A stretch of DNA of 64,000 nucleotides, taken from NCBI GenBank assembly GCA_903859365.1, contig CAIOMD010000011.1:17467-81466 (forward strand), written 5' to 3'. The first letter of the stretch is position 1; each line of letters begins with the position of its first letter. This DNA is from an uncultured Candidatus Saccharibacteria bacterium (GTDB taxonomy: Bacteria > Patescibacteriota > Saccharimonadia > Saccharimonadales > CAIOMD01). The position numbers and the translations under genes are program-made. The notes under the pieces were generated by a model that saw only the letters and a program-made list of their open reading frames with translations, had not been told where the DNA came from and made no database searches. Shown in pieces: positions 55,118-64,000 of this stretch.

Positions 55118-57181
55118 ATGAACGAACAAAATAACCGACCCAAACTTCCGAGAAAGCCATTGAACGCAGGCCAACGTAAGGATCAAAATGGACCTGCGAA
55201 AGCTCCAGCTCGAGCGCGAGCAGTATCCCGTGGTGCCGCAATTCGGGCCCACAAAAGAAACCAAGACGACGCTAATCGAATGATTAGCCAGTATTCTGAC
55301 GCTAACCAAAAAACAAGAAAACGAGCTAATGTCATCAAGGATGAATTCGATAAGCTTAAGGTAACAATCCTGGGCGGTCTTGAAGATGTCGGTGAAAAGA
55401 ACATGACAATTATTGAATATCGTAACCAAGCTATTATTCTTGATTGCGGCAATAACCTTGGGGTTGATCTTCCGGGAGTTAACTATGAAATTAATGACGT
55501 TGCATATCTTGAAACAATCAAAAATAAGATCCGCGGTTACGTCATTACACACGGACACCTTGATCACATTGGTGGTCTCAGGCACATAGTGCCAAAATAT
55601 CCAGCACCAATTTTTGGTTCACGATTTACTATTGGTATGGTTGAAAAAACGTTTGATGATGAAACGGCAGATAAAAACTTTACTCCAGAACTTGTCACCG
55701 TCAATATTGATAATCACGAAAGACTAGCAATTGGTGAATTCTTCGTTGAGTTTATCAGGGTAACGCACTCAATTCCCGATCCAACGGCGGTTTGTATTGA
55801 TACTCCGGTTGGACGAATCATTGCAACCGGAGATTTCCGCCTTGATCCAGAACCACTTGACAACCTTACGACCGATATCGCTCGGCTTAAAGAGCTAGGT
55901 GATCAAGGTGTGCTGCTACTTATGAGTGAGAGTAGCTATTCTGATGCAGAGGGACGAACTCCAACCGAACATACACTCCAAAAGAGTTTCCATGATGTAA
56001 TTACGCAAGCCTCAGGCCGAATCTTTGTTGCAGTTTTTTCAAGCAATATGAACCGAACACAAATGATTATCGATGCGGCAGTTGCCGCAGGTCGTAAAGT
56101 GGCGCTTGATGGCCGAAGTATGCTTGCATATGCCGAAATTGCGGTACGGCAGGGAATATTGAAAGTTCCTAAAGGAACAATCGTATCAATGCAACAAGCA
56201 GCAACGATTGCTGGCGGAAAAGTACTCGTTATGTGTACTGGCGGCCAGGGTGAAGCGAATGCAGCACTAGCACGGATGAGTGAAGGTGATCACAAATTCA
56301 TCAACCTTAATGAAGGCGACACGGTACTTATTAGTTCATCACCAATCCCTGGTAACGAAGTAAGTTATGATGCAATCAGTAATCGACTTAGTAGAAAAGG
56401 TGTTCACCTTTTCCGTCACCCAACCCATGAGTTAGATGGCTGTGGTCCACTGCACGTTTCTGGACATGCCAGACGCGAAGAACTTCGGGAAATGATTAAT
56501 CTAGTTCGACCAAAATATCTGATGCCAGTACACGGTGGAGCGCTGCGACGAAGATATCACGGGCAACTTGCTATCGAAGAAGGCATTGCACGAGATAACG
56601 TAATCCTAGCTGAAAATGGTGATAGTTATTATTTTTCAAAAGAAGGTTTTGAAAATGGTGGTCAAGTTCCACACGGTAGTCTTTTAGTTGACCAAACCGG
56701 AACGATCGTCAGCGGCATTGTCGTTAAGGATCGAATTATGATGGCCCAGGATGGTATCGTGGCTGTCGTGCTTACTATAGACAGGAAATCAGGCGCTAGT
56801 CTTACTAGCCCCGATATCATTAGCCGAGGATTTATCTATATACGAGATAATGAAGAACTCATGAATGATCTTAGAAATGAGCTACGACGAGCCATACAGC
56901 AACGCTTTAAGCGTGTAGAACTCGATAGATTCAAGCAAGAGATAAAAGAGCATGTCACGCATTTTCTATTTGAAAAAACCCAGCGATCACCGATTGTGAT
57001 ACCCGTTATTAACATTGTAGGTAAAAATGGTGCAACACCAGATAACCGCCCGAATCGAACATCCATGAATGTGAATGCTTCACAAAACGGGGTTGGTCAG
57101 CGCGAGGATGCGACTGAGCAGGCGAAACGTTTTGCTCAAATGAGACAACAGCTTCTCAATCAAGAATCTAAAACAGAATAG
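55118..57181 (+). CDS. rnj: Ribonuclease J with ~75-aa basic N-terminal and ~55-aa C-terminal low-complexity extensions
   Basis: ILGGLEDVGEKNMTIIEY, the metallo-beta-lactamase motif THGHLDHIGG, a beta-CASP region and HVSGHA. Confidence 0.9.
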   Translation: MNEQNNRPKLPRKPLNAGQRKDQNGPAKAPARARAVSRGAAIRAHKRNQDDANRMISQYSDANQKTRKRANVIKDEFDKLKVTILGGLEDVGEKNMTIIEYRNQAIILDCGNNLGVDLPGVNYEINDVAYLETIKNKIRGYVITHGHLDHIGGLRHIVPKYPAPIFGSRFTIGMVEKTFDDETADKNFTPELVTVNIDNHERLAIGEFFVEFIRVTHSIPDPTAVCIDTPVGRIIATGDFRLDPEPLDNLTTDIARLKELGDQGVLLLMSESSYSDAEGRTPTEHTLQKSFHDVITQASGRIFVAVFSSNMNRTQMIIDAAVAAGRKVALDGRSMLAYAEIAVRQGILKVPKGTIVSMQQAATIAGGKVLVMCTGGQGEANAALARMSEGDHKFINLNEGDTVLISSSPIPGNEVSYDAISNRLSRKGVHLFRHPTHELDGCGPLHVSGHARREELREMINLVRPKYLMPVHGGALRRRYHGQLAIEEGIARDNVILAENGDSYYFSKEGFENGGQVPHGSLLVDQTGTIVSGIVVKDRIMMAQDGIVAVVLTIDRKSGASLTSPDIISRGFIYIRDNEELMNDLRNELRRAIQQRFKRVELDRFKQEIKEHVTHFLFEKTQRSPIVIPVINIVGKNGATPDNRPNRTSMNVNASQNGVGQREDATEQAKRFAQMRQQLLNQESKTE

Positions 57182-57207
57182 ACTTTTTAGACTTTCTGTG
57201 GTATAAT
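57179..57207 (+). promoter_or_regulatory. Candidate extended -10 promoter of ftsK
   Basis: TAGACT-N17-TATAAT with an upstream TG (TGGTATAAT). It starts on the rnj stop codon and lies 77 nt upstream of the ftsK ATG. Confidence 0.55.
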
Positions 57208-57283
57208 ATACATCATAATAGTCGAATGTATGCATCTGTTTATACATAAAAAAATAAAGAAAATAGGGTAGAATAAAAAGCAT

Positions 57284-59500
57284 ATGCCAAAGAAGAAAAA
57301 ACAAGTAAAAAAGAAAGATAAGAAAGCGGATGTAGAAAAAAGCGCTGCATCGAAAAGTTTTTGGAGACAAGTAAACGCTTTCATTCTTATTGTTTTAGCC
57401 TTTTTCCTTCTTATTGGTGGCTTTCATTGGGGTGGAGCACTTCCAGAAGAACTGTATAAGCTAACGAGCTGGTGTATTGGTTGGGTAGCGCTAGTTCTTC
57501 CATTTGTGATGATCCTTATCGCCTATTTCAAAATACGAGATAAAGAAAACATAGTCCCTAAAAGTAAATTAGTGAGCGGTTTAGTCCTTCTACTTGGGCT
57601 AGCGGCAATGTTACAGATACCAGCTGGAGACAATGGAGCTAATTCGTCGGTAAAAGGAAACTATGGCGGAGCGGTTGGCAGCATAGTCTCAAAGAGCCTA
57701 CACCTATTTTTAAACAGTATTACCGCTTTTATTGTAAGCGCCGTTATAACGGCGATAGCAGGTATGTATTTCGTTGGACTCACTCCAAAACAGGTGTTCA
57801 AAATGCTTAAAAAGTTTATGCGAAAGAAAGAAAACAGCGATACCGACTTATCCGAACTCAAAAATAAAGAGAAAGAACCATCATTCCAGATGCATGAAGG
57901 AGTGCCAGTTGTTCACCATAACGAAGAAGGTAAACCAGCACCGAGACTTAGTTCTCTTAAAAATAGTGCATCAAAATTAACTGGCATTGAGGATCATGCT
58001 GCGCTTACAGCAGCAAGCGATCCTGATTGGAAATTCCCAGGTGTAAATTTACTTAATCAAAAACAAGACAAAGCAGATCCTGGTGACGTTGGAGCGAACG
58101 CCGAAATGATTAAGTCTACACTCGGAGAATTCGGCATAAAGGTTGAAATGGAGGGGGCGAATATAGGGCCACGCGTCACACAGTACACCATGAAACCATC
58201 ATCGGGCCAAAAGCTCAGTAAAATTGCATCTTATGAGACAAATATTGCCTACGAGCTTGCAGCTGAAGCGATCCGTATTGAGGCGCCAATTCCTGGTAAG
58301 CGTGCGGTTGGCATCGAAGTACCGAACTATAAAGCAGCAACAGTCCGCGTTGCAAGTATTGTTGGATCGAAGGAATGGTCTGAAGTAAAATCTCATTTAC
58401 CGTTTGCCGTAGGTAAGGATATTTCTGGAAATCCTGTTATTGGGTCACTCGATAAGATGCCCCATCTTTTGATAGCCGGCCAAACTGGATCAGGTAAATC
58501 TGTCATGATTAATACGTTATTAACGTCACTACTGTACAGAAATAGCCCATCAGATTTGAAACTTATTTTAGTCGACCCTAAGCAGGTTGAATTAACCCCG
58601 TATAATGCTATACCGCATTTGCTTACGCCAGTTATTACCGAGCCAGAAAAGACCATAAGCGCACTCAAATGGGCGGTAGCTGAGATGGAACGACGACTTC
58701 GTGCATTTGCAGCCGATGGCATGCGAAATATTGCTGAATATAATGATTTCAAAAAAGAAGAGGGCATGCCATACATTGTTATTGTTATTGATGAATTAGC
58801 AGATCTTATGATGGTTGCAGCGAGGGATGTAGAAAGTCTTATTGTTCGTATTGCCCAAAAGGCACGAGCTGCAGGAATCCATCTTGTCCTTGCGACGCAG
58901 CGCCCAAGTGTTGATGTTATTACTGGTTTAATTAAGGCTAATGTGCCGGCTCGCATTGCTTTTACTGTTGTAAGCTATGTTGACTCGAAAACGATTATCG
59001 ATCAACAGGGGGCGGATAAGTTACTGGGTATGGGTGATATGTTATTTATGACGAGTGATATGGGCAAGCCTATTCGAGTGCAGGGTGCGCTCATAGATAA
59101 AGAAGAGATCGATAAGGTTACCGATTTTCTTCGAGCCCAACGAGATCCTCAGTACGACGATGAAGTCGTTAGTATGCCAGTCCAACTTAACGGTAAGGGC
59201 GGTGTAGTTGTTGATCATGGGGCGAGTGAAGCAGACGACGATATGTGGAAAGACGCCGTTAGCGTCGTAGTAGAAAGCGGAAAAGCGAGTACTAGTTTAT
59301 TGCAACGTCGGCTTAGAATCGGGTATGGAAGAGCCAGTCGAATTATTGATGAGATGGAAGAGCGTGGCGTTGTTGGTCCTGCCGATGGCGCAAGACCAAG
59401 AGAAGTGCTTGTACGAAATGTAGAAGAAGTTTTTCGCAGTTCAAATGAAGAAATAAATGAAGTAGTTTCTGACGATCCGCGTGACGAACTCATTACCTAG
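57284..59500 (+). CDS. ftsK: DNA translocase FtsK/SpoIIIE
   Basis: N-terminal TM helices, Walker A AGQTGSGKS, Walker B IVIVIDELADL, and a gamma winged-helix domain (STSLLQRRLRIGYGRASRIIDEMEERGVVGP). Confidence 0.93.
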   Translation: MPKKKKQVKKKDKKADVEKSAASKSFWRQVNAFILIVLAFFLLIGGFHWGGALPEELYKLTSWCIGWVALVLPFVMILIAYFKIRDKENIVPKSKLVSGLVLLLGLAAMLQIPAGDNGANSSVKGNYGGAVGSIVSKSLHLFLNSITAFIVSAVITAIAGMYFVGLTPKQVFKMLKKFMRKKENSDTDLSELKNKEKEPSFQMHEGVPVVHHNEEGKPAPRLSSLKNSASKLTGIEDHAALTAASDPDWKFPGVNLLNQKQDKADPGDVGANAEMIKSTLGEFGIKVEMEGANIGPRVTQYTMKPSSGQKLSKIASYETNIAYELAAEAIRIEAPIPGKRAVGIEVPNYKAATVRVASIVGSKEWSEVKSHLPFAVGKDISGNPVIGSLDKMPHLLIAGQTGSGKSVMINTLLTSLLYRNSPSDLKLILVDPKQVELTPYNAIPHLLTPVITEPEKTISALKWAVAEMERRLRAFAADGMRNIAEYNDFKKEEGMPYIVIVIDELADLMMVAARDVESLIVRIAQKARAAGIHLVLATQRPSVDVITGLIKANVPARIAFTVVSYVDSKTIIDQQGADKLLGMGDMLFMTSDMGKPIRVQGALIDKEEIDKVTDFLRAQRDPQYDDEVVSMPVQLNGKGGVVVDHGASEADDDMWKDAVSVVVESGKASTSLLQRRLRIGYGRASRIIDEMEERGVVGPADGARPREVLVRNVEEVFRSSNEEINEVVSDDPRDELIT

Positions 59501-59517
59501 CAAAGACAATCCTTCCC

Positions 59518-59546
59518 TTGACTTATAGGGGTAAATAGGATAAAAT
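59518..59546 (+). promoter_or_regulatory. Candidate sigma-70-type promoter of the rpsF-ssb-rpsR operon
   Basis: TTGACT-N17-TAAAAT, ~70 nt upstream of the rpsF ATG. Confidence 0.55.
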
Positions 59547-59617
59547 TACATCATTATTAATTAACTTCAGGTTACCATTTTTAAAAGAGGTAGCCAGATC
59601 CGAAGGAAGGGACTTAC

Positions 59618-59998
59618 ATGCAACAATACGAGATTGCAGTGCTCTATCATCCTGATCTTGAAATAGATCTTGATAAGTCAGCACAAAAAGTTACTAAAAT
59701 TTTTACCGATAATGGTGGGAAAGTAGTAGCTGAGGACAATTGGGGTAAAAGAAAACTTGCCTACACAATCAAAGGGCACGATCATGCAGTATATGTTTTT
59801 TATACGGTTGATTTGCCAGCTGAAGGTGTAAGAAAAGTTGAATCTACCCTTAACATCACTGATGAAGTGGTACGATTCCTTATTACTAAGCCTGACATCA
59901 AGGCCATCAAAAAAGCGGAAGCTTTCAAGATAGCGCGAGCTAAGAAGCAGGCAAATAGGGTTGAACAAAAAGAAGAAAAAGAAGAAGATAACGAATAA
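59618..59998 (+). CDS. rpsF: 30S ribosomal protein S6
   Basis: YEIAVLYHPDL, NWGKRKLAYTIKGHDHAVYVF and an acidic C-terminal tail. rpsF-ssb-rpsR synteny is conserved. Confidence 0.93.
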   Translation: MQQYEIAVLYHPDLEIDLDKSAQKVTKIFTDNGGKVVAEDNWGKRKLAYTIKGHDHAVYVFYTVDLPAEGVRKVESTLNITDEVVRFLITKPDIKAIKKAEAFKIARAKKQANRVEQKEEKEEDNE

Positions 59999-60024
59999 CA
60001 GGGAATTTAAGAGGGGAGAATAAG

Positions 60025-60483
60025 ATGGCACGAAGCTTTAATCAAGTAGTACTTATGGGAAACCTAACAAGGGATCCAGAACTAAGAGCAACACCTAATG
60101 GTCAAAATGTCTGTAGTTTCAGCCTTGCCCTTAATCGATCTTACAAAGGATCTGATGGCAATTGGCAAGAAGCAACTGATTATGTTGACGTGTCAGCTTG
60201 GGGCCCAGTTGGTGAACGAGTTCATCAGTACGTCACCAAGGGGCGACCCGTTCTTGTGAGCGGACGTTTGCAGAGCAGAAGCTGGGAACAAGAAGGTCAA
60301 AAGCGTAGCAAGGTTGAGGTTGTAGCTCAAGACGTTACATTCTTAGGCGGAAGAGGTGAAGGTGGAGATGAGTCATCGGCACCATTAACTCCTACAAGCA
60401 CTACTAAAAAAGCTTCCGATAAAGATGTTGTCATCGATGACATCTCTGACGAGCCAATCGATCTCTCCGAGATTCCATTTTAG
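60025..60483 (+). CDS. ssb: Single-stranded DNA-binding protein
   Basis: NQVVLMGNLTRDPELR in the OB fold, and an acidic C-terminal tip DLSEIPF. Confidence 0.95.
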   Translation: MARSFNQVVLMGNLTRDPELRATPNGQNVCSFSLALNRSYKGSDGNWQEATDYVDVSAWGPVGERVHQYVTKGRPVLVSGRLQSRSWEQEGQKRSKVEVVAQDVTFLGGRGEGGDESSAPLTPTSTTKKASDKDVVIDDISDEPIDLSEIPF

Positions 60484-60498
60484 AAAGGAACTATTCAT

Positions 60499-60705
60499 AT
60501 GGCAAAGAACAAGCACAAACAAGTTACTGGCGCAGTATATTTTGATTACAAAGACTTTAAGACTCTTCAACGTTTTGTTAACCAATTTGGTCAAATCGAA
60601 GTTCGTAAGCGAACTGGTTTAACTGAAATGCAACAACGAAGACTTGCAAAGGCGATCAAACGAGCTCGTCATATCGCGCTACTTCCATTCGTTTCACACG
60701 GATAG
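60499..60705 (+). CDS. rpsR: 30S ribosomal protein S18
   Basis: [44 protein letters not shown]. Confidence 0.93.
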   Translation: MAKNKHKQVTGAVYFDYKDFKTLQRFVNQFGQIEVRKRTGLTEMQQRRLAKAIKRARHIALLPFVSHG

Positions 60706-60747
60706 AAGACGAACAAAACATCTTTTAAAGTAAAGTGAGAAAAAGCT

Positions 60748-61314
60748 ATGGCTTTTGGTATAACAGATTTAAAAAAAGGCACTATATTCCAACTAGACGA
60801 CGTTCCGTATAGGGTGCTTGCGTATGGCCAAAAAGTGATGGGGCGTGGTGGCTCTATTGTCAATGTCCGTATCAAGAGTTTGATAGACGGCAAGGTCCTT
60901 GATAAAACATTTAAGGGAAGTGAAGACATCCAACCCGCAGATGTTAACTATTCAACGATTCAATATCTCTATAACGATGGAACCACTTTCTATTTCATGG
61001 ATAACGACAGCTATGAGCAGATTGAATTATCGAGTGAAATCGTTGAGGAGAACGCGGGCTATTTGAAGGAAGGCGATGAGATTAAGGCACAGCTCTACAA
61101 TGGAGTTGTGATTAATATTGAACTTCCTAAAAATGTCTATCTTGAAGTAACGTATTCTGAAGACGCAGTAAAAGGTGATACTTCAAGCAGTATTCAAAAA
61201 GATGCCGTGCTTGAAACAGGTATTACCGTTAAGGTGCCAGCATTCATTAAGCAGGGTGATATCATCAGCGTAAGTACTGAAGACGGCACCTATAGAGAAC
61301 GCAAGAAAGACTAA
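60748..61314 (+). CDS. efp: Elongation factor P
   Basis: DLKKGTIFQLDDVPYRVL..., the KPGKG-equivalent loop (QKVMGRGGSIV), and a three-domain length of 188 aa. Confidence 0.93.
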   Translation: MAFGITDLKKGTIFQLDDVPYRVLAYGQKVMGRGGSIVNVRIKSLIDGKVLDKTFKGSEDIQPADVNYSTIQYLYNDGTTFYFMDNDSYEQIELSSEIVEENAGYLKEGDEIKAQLYNGVVINIELPKNVYLEVTYSEDAVKGDTSSSIQKDAVLETGITVKVPAFIKQGDIISVSTEDGTYRERKKD

Positions 61315-61315
61315 C

Positions 61316-62032
61316 GTGACTAAGTACCGGCTTGATCATGAGCTTTTGAAGCGATCAATGGTCAGCACACGATCACAAGCTGAAAGTTACATTAAACTAG
61401 GGTTAGTTTTGGTGAATAAAAAGCCAGTAACTAAGCCTGGTTTTTTTGTTGGTGCGGAAGCATCGATTGAATTAAAGCAAAAAGAACAATACGTCTCCCG
61501 AGCAGGGCTTAAGCTTGAAAGTGTCGCAAAGGATTTAGACCTTTCTTTTAAGAATAAAGTGGTGCTTGATGTAGGTAGCAGTACCGGAGGTTTTACTGAC
61601 TTTGCCATTAAAAATGGAGCCAAGAAGGTTATTGCTGTCGACGTTGGGTCAGATCAGCTTCACCCCTCACTTCGTCATAATGAAAAAATTGAGCTACACG
61701 AAAAAACAGACATTCGTGACTTCATAACAGATCAGGTGATAGATGTTGTCGTGATAGATGTCTCATTTATTTCACTTCAAGAAATTCTACCGGCAGTTGC
61801 AAAACTTGTGAATACAAAAACAGTTATAGCTGCGATGTGTAAGCCTCAATTTGAGTCAGGTTCAGAAGGGCGTCACAGTGGGGTTGTCAAGAATGATTCG
61901 CTCAGAAGAGCAATTCTCAAAGATTTTGAAATTTGGGTTAAAAGACAATTCGTGGTGCTTAAAAAAGCTGATTCAAAAATAGCAGGCGCAAAAGGTAATA
62001 AAGAGCGTTTTTACTTGCTTAAAAAGGTGTAG
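61316..62032 (+). CDS. tlyA: TlyA family rRNA (cytidine-2'-O)-methyltransferase
   Basis: GTG start, an S4 domain (RLDHELLKRSMVSTRSQAESYIKLGLVLVN) and the SAM motif LDVGSSTGGFTD. Confidence 0.85.
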   Translation: MTKYRLDHELLKRSMVSTRSQAESYIKLGLVLVNKKPVTKPGFFVGAEASIELKQKEQYVSRAGLKLESVAKDLDLSFKNKVVLDVGSSTGGFTDFAIKNGAKKVIAVDVGSDQLHPSLRHNEKIELHEKTDIRDFITDQVIDVVVIDVSFISLQEILPAVAKLVNTKTVIAAMCKPQFESGSEGRHSGVVKNDSLRRAILKDFEIWVKRQFVVLKKADSKIAGAKGNKERFYLLKKV

Positions 62033-62033
62033 T

Positions 62034-63116
62034 TTAGACGTTAAAACGAAACTCGACAACGTCGTTTGGTTTCATAGTGTAGGTTTTACCCTCAGTGCGA
62101 ACCTTACCTGCACTTCGAGCTTTCGTAAGTGATCCAGCTTCTATAAGATCGTTGTAATCAACGATTTCAGCAGCAATGAAGCCTTTTTCAAAGTCGCCAT
62201 GGATAACGCCAGCAGCCTGTGGAGCAGTATCACCAGCATGAATAGTCCATGCTCGAACTTCCTGTACCCCAGCTGTTAAATAACTTTGCAGGCCTAATGT
62301 TTTGTAGGCACTTTTTATGAGCTGTACAAGACCAGACTCTTTAATGCCATACTCCTCAAGCATTTCAATTCGGTCGGGTCCGTCAAGCTGTCGTAGCTCG
62401 TCCTCAAGCTTGGCGTTGACAAACAGGGCTTCGCTTGGGTGCACGATGTTTTCGAGCTGCTGCTTTTTTTCTTCGTTTTTCAGTGTCGCCTCATCAACGT
62501 TAAAAAGATAGATTATTGGCTTTGCTGTAAGAAGCTGGAGCTGCTTATATTCAGATACTTCTTTTCTAAGGGTTTCATCGCTGAAAAGGGGATTACCATC
62601 ATCTAAATGTTTTCTAGCATTTCCAAGCAGGGTTACAAAAGTGGCAATTGTTTTATCGCTACGTGCTTCTTTTTCGAGACGCGGAAGTACTTTATCGATG
62701 GTTTGAAGATCGGCAAGAACAAGCTCTGTGTTGATGACATCTATATCTTTTGAAGGGTGTAGCTCATTTTCGACATGCAGCACATTACTGTCTGCAAAAT
62801 CCCGAACAACTTGAACGAGTGCCGTACATTCTCTAATGTGGGATAAAAACTGGTTACCTAGCCCTTCGCCTTTGCTTGCGCCTTCAACGAGACCTGCGAT
62901 ATCCGTAAAAGTGACCGTTGCAGGTATAATTTTTTTTGTATCATAAAGAGCAGCTAGTTTGTTTAGGCGTACATCTTCAATAGGCACAATACCCGTATTG
63001 GGCTCAATGGTCGCAAATGGATAATTTGCTGCCAAAATATTATTGCTAGTAAGAGCATTAAAAAGGGTGGATTTGCCAACATTCGGCAGGCCAATAATGC
63101 CAATTGATAAACTCAT
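62034..63116 (-). CDS. ychF: Ribosome-binding ATPase YchF
   Basis: The G1 motif is GLPNVGKSTLFNAL. DIAGLVEGASKGEGLGNQFL follows, with a TGS-like C-terminus (RAWTI..G..AP.AAG.IH.DF..GFI.AE). Confidence 0.95.
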   Translation of the reverse strand: MSLSIGIIGLPNVGKSTLFNALTSNNILAANYPFATIEPNTGIVPIEDVRLNKLAALYDTKKIIPATVTFTDIAGLVEGASKGEGLGNQFLSHIRECTALVQVVRDFADSNVLHVENELHPSKDIDVINTELVLADLQTIDKVLPRLEKEARSDKTIATFVTLLGNARKHLDDGNPLFSDETLRKEVSEYKQLQLLTAKPIIYLFNVDEATLKNEEKKQQLENIVHPSEALFVNAKLEDELRQLDGPDRIEMLEEYGIKESGLVQLIKSAYKTLGLQSYLTAGVQEVRAWTIHAGDTAPQAAGVIHGDFEKGFIAAEIVDYNDLIEAGSLTKARSAGKVRTEGKTYTMKPNDVVEFRFNV

Positions 63117-63197
63117 AGTAAGTAAATTATAACAGATTAGAAGGTAAACTTTTTTACTTTACGTTATAAACCATAAGTTGTATTATCTAACTAAGCT

Positions 63198-63665
63198 ATG
63201 GGTACAAAAAAGAAATACATGTCACTTAGGTTAGGCGCTGCTTTTATTATTTTTGTAATTTTGATTTTTGGAAGTGGAATATATATTTACAAAAAAAATA
63301 ATAATCAATTAATTTGTGGCTCAGATACTGAATTGATTAACCGATCAAGCGATGCCATAAAAAATAACGACAACAAAAATCTTTTAGCTAATGTGAACAC
63401 AATTCTTAAAAAGAATAAGTATAGAGATGATCCTAATTGTGACTTCATTGTGATGACCTATTACATAAACATCAGTGACGGCAGAAACGCACAATCAAGT
63501 TATGACCAATTTCGAAAAGAATATAATTCTAAAACTGGCTTAAATACTAAACTTCAGGCATTGGCGTTACCTATTGGCACCTATAAGGGAATAATAGATT
63601 ATCTCATTAATCAGTCTAATCAACCTATCAAAAGATCATTACCTGCTTCGGAAATATCAAAATGA
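63198..63665 (+). CDS. Hypothetical membrane-anchored protein (155 aa), Asn/Lys-rich
   Basis: An N-terminal TM helix (LGAAFIIFVILIFGSGIYIY) is present. No motif recognised. Confidence 0.45.
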   Translation: MGTKKKYMSLRLGAAFIIFVILIFGSGIYIYKKNNNQLICGSDTELINRSSDAIKNNDNKNLLANVNTILKKNKYRDDPNCDFIVMTYYINISDGRNAQSSYDQFRKEYNSKTGLNTKLQALALPIGTYKGIIDYLINQSNQPIKRSLPASEISK

Positions 63666-64000
63666 TAAAAATAAATTACTTAAAATTTCTTCCAGTACTC
63701 GGACTATTATTCATACCATTATTCTTTAAAGTGCAACTTGTTCATGCTGCATCAGGCACTGGGGTTCCTAATTCAATTCCTCAATGGGTGAAGGATGACA
63801 TTAATACTCACTGTAATTCCCCGTATAATTGGGGACTAGTTTCTGATACTTGGTTATCAACCGTTGGCCAACCTTCCCAGACTAATATTAATATAGCTCA
63901 AGGTACTTCATCAATTAACCTTGATCTTAATGCGATTTACTACCGTTGCCATGTAAACGGTGGAGCGTATCCGGTGAATGGCACTAGTGATGTAACTTTC
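63662..64000 (+). CDS. Secreted hypothetical protein, N-terminal 113 aa (runs off the window end; not in the ORF track)
   Basis: The ATG at 63662 overlaps the previous stop (ATGA). The signal peptide FLPVLGLLFIPLFFKVQLVHA|AS is followed by an open frame to nt 64000, checked codon by codon. Confidence 0.5.
   Translation, partial: MIKINYLKFLPVLGLLFIPLFFKVQLVHAASGTGVPNSIPQWVKDDINTHCNSPYNWGLVSDTWLSTVGQPSQTNINIAQGTSSINLDLNAIYYRCHVNGGAYPVNGTSDVTF

Noticed and set aside
59511-59610. Long-range pairing of CCTTCC (59512) with GGAAGG near the rpsF SD
   Set aside because: The upstream arm lies before the predicted -35 element and would not be transcribed from the proposed promoter.

Overview
This is a dense, AT-rich (about 40% G+C by eye, not computed) 64-kb chromosomal segment. 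I call about 66 protein genes and 5 tRNAs. There is no rRNA, CRISPR array, transposase or integrase. Many genes overlap by 1-4 nt, and convergent genes often share or abut stop codons. The envelope genes look monoderm. Together with RNase J, PIG-L, a GT-C transferase and many orphan membrane proteins, this suggests a reduced-genome bacterium, possibly CPR/Patescibacteria (Saccharibacteria-like). That assignment is inference from memory of protein families; no database search was possible.

The standout is the first 14.4 kb. It holds a type IV secretion (T4SS)-like locus of the Gram-positive type on the minus strand: a VirB6-like protein, a PrgI/VirB3-like protein, a split VirB4 ATPase, an 810-aa polytopic protein, a glucosaminidase+CHAP murein hydrolase, and an Ig-like anchored protein. 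It faces a divergent plus-strand operon of six diverged VirB2/TrbC-like pilin paralogues. No coupling protein, relaxase, VirB11, outer-membrane core or integrase is visible in the window.

The rest is housekeeping:
- Heat shock: hsp20, and groES-groEL with a CIRCE operator.
- Translation and tRNA/rRNA modification: valS, tsaD, argS, rlmH, truB, tlyA, efp, ychF, rpsT, rpsO and rpsF-ssb-rpsR.
- Replication, repair and transcription: dnaG-rpoD, polA, dut, mutM, holA and family-4 UDG.
- RNA turnover and other: pnp, rnj, orn, ftsK, pyrH and murE.

Smaller oddities include a tRNA-Arg with anticodon GCG, four tRNA-Ser isoacceptors, a polA lacking a canonical start codon, an HTH-HAD fusion, and basic tails on S20 and RNase J.
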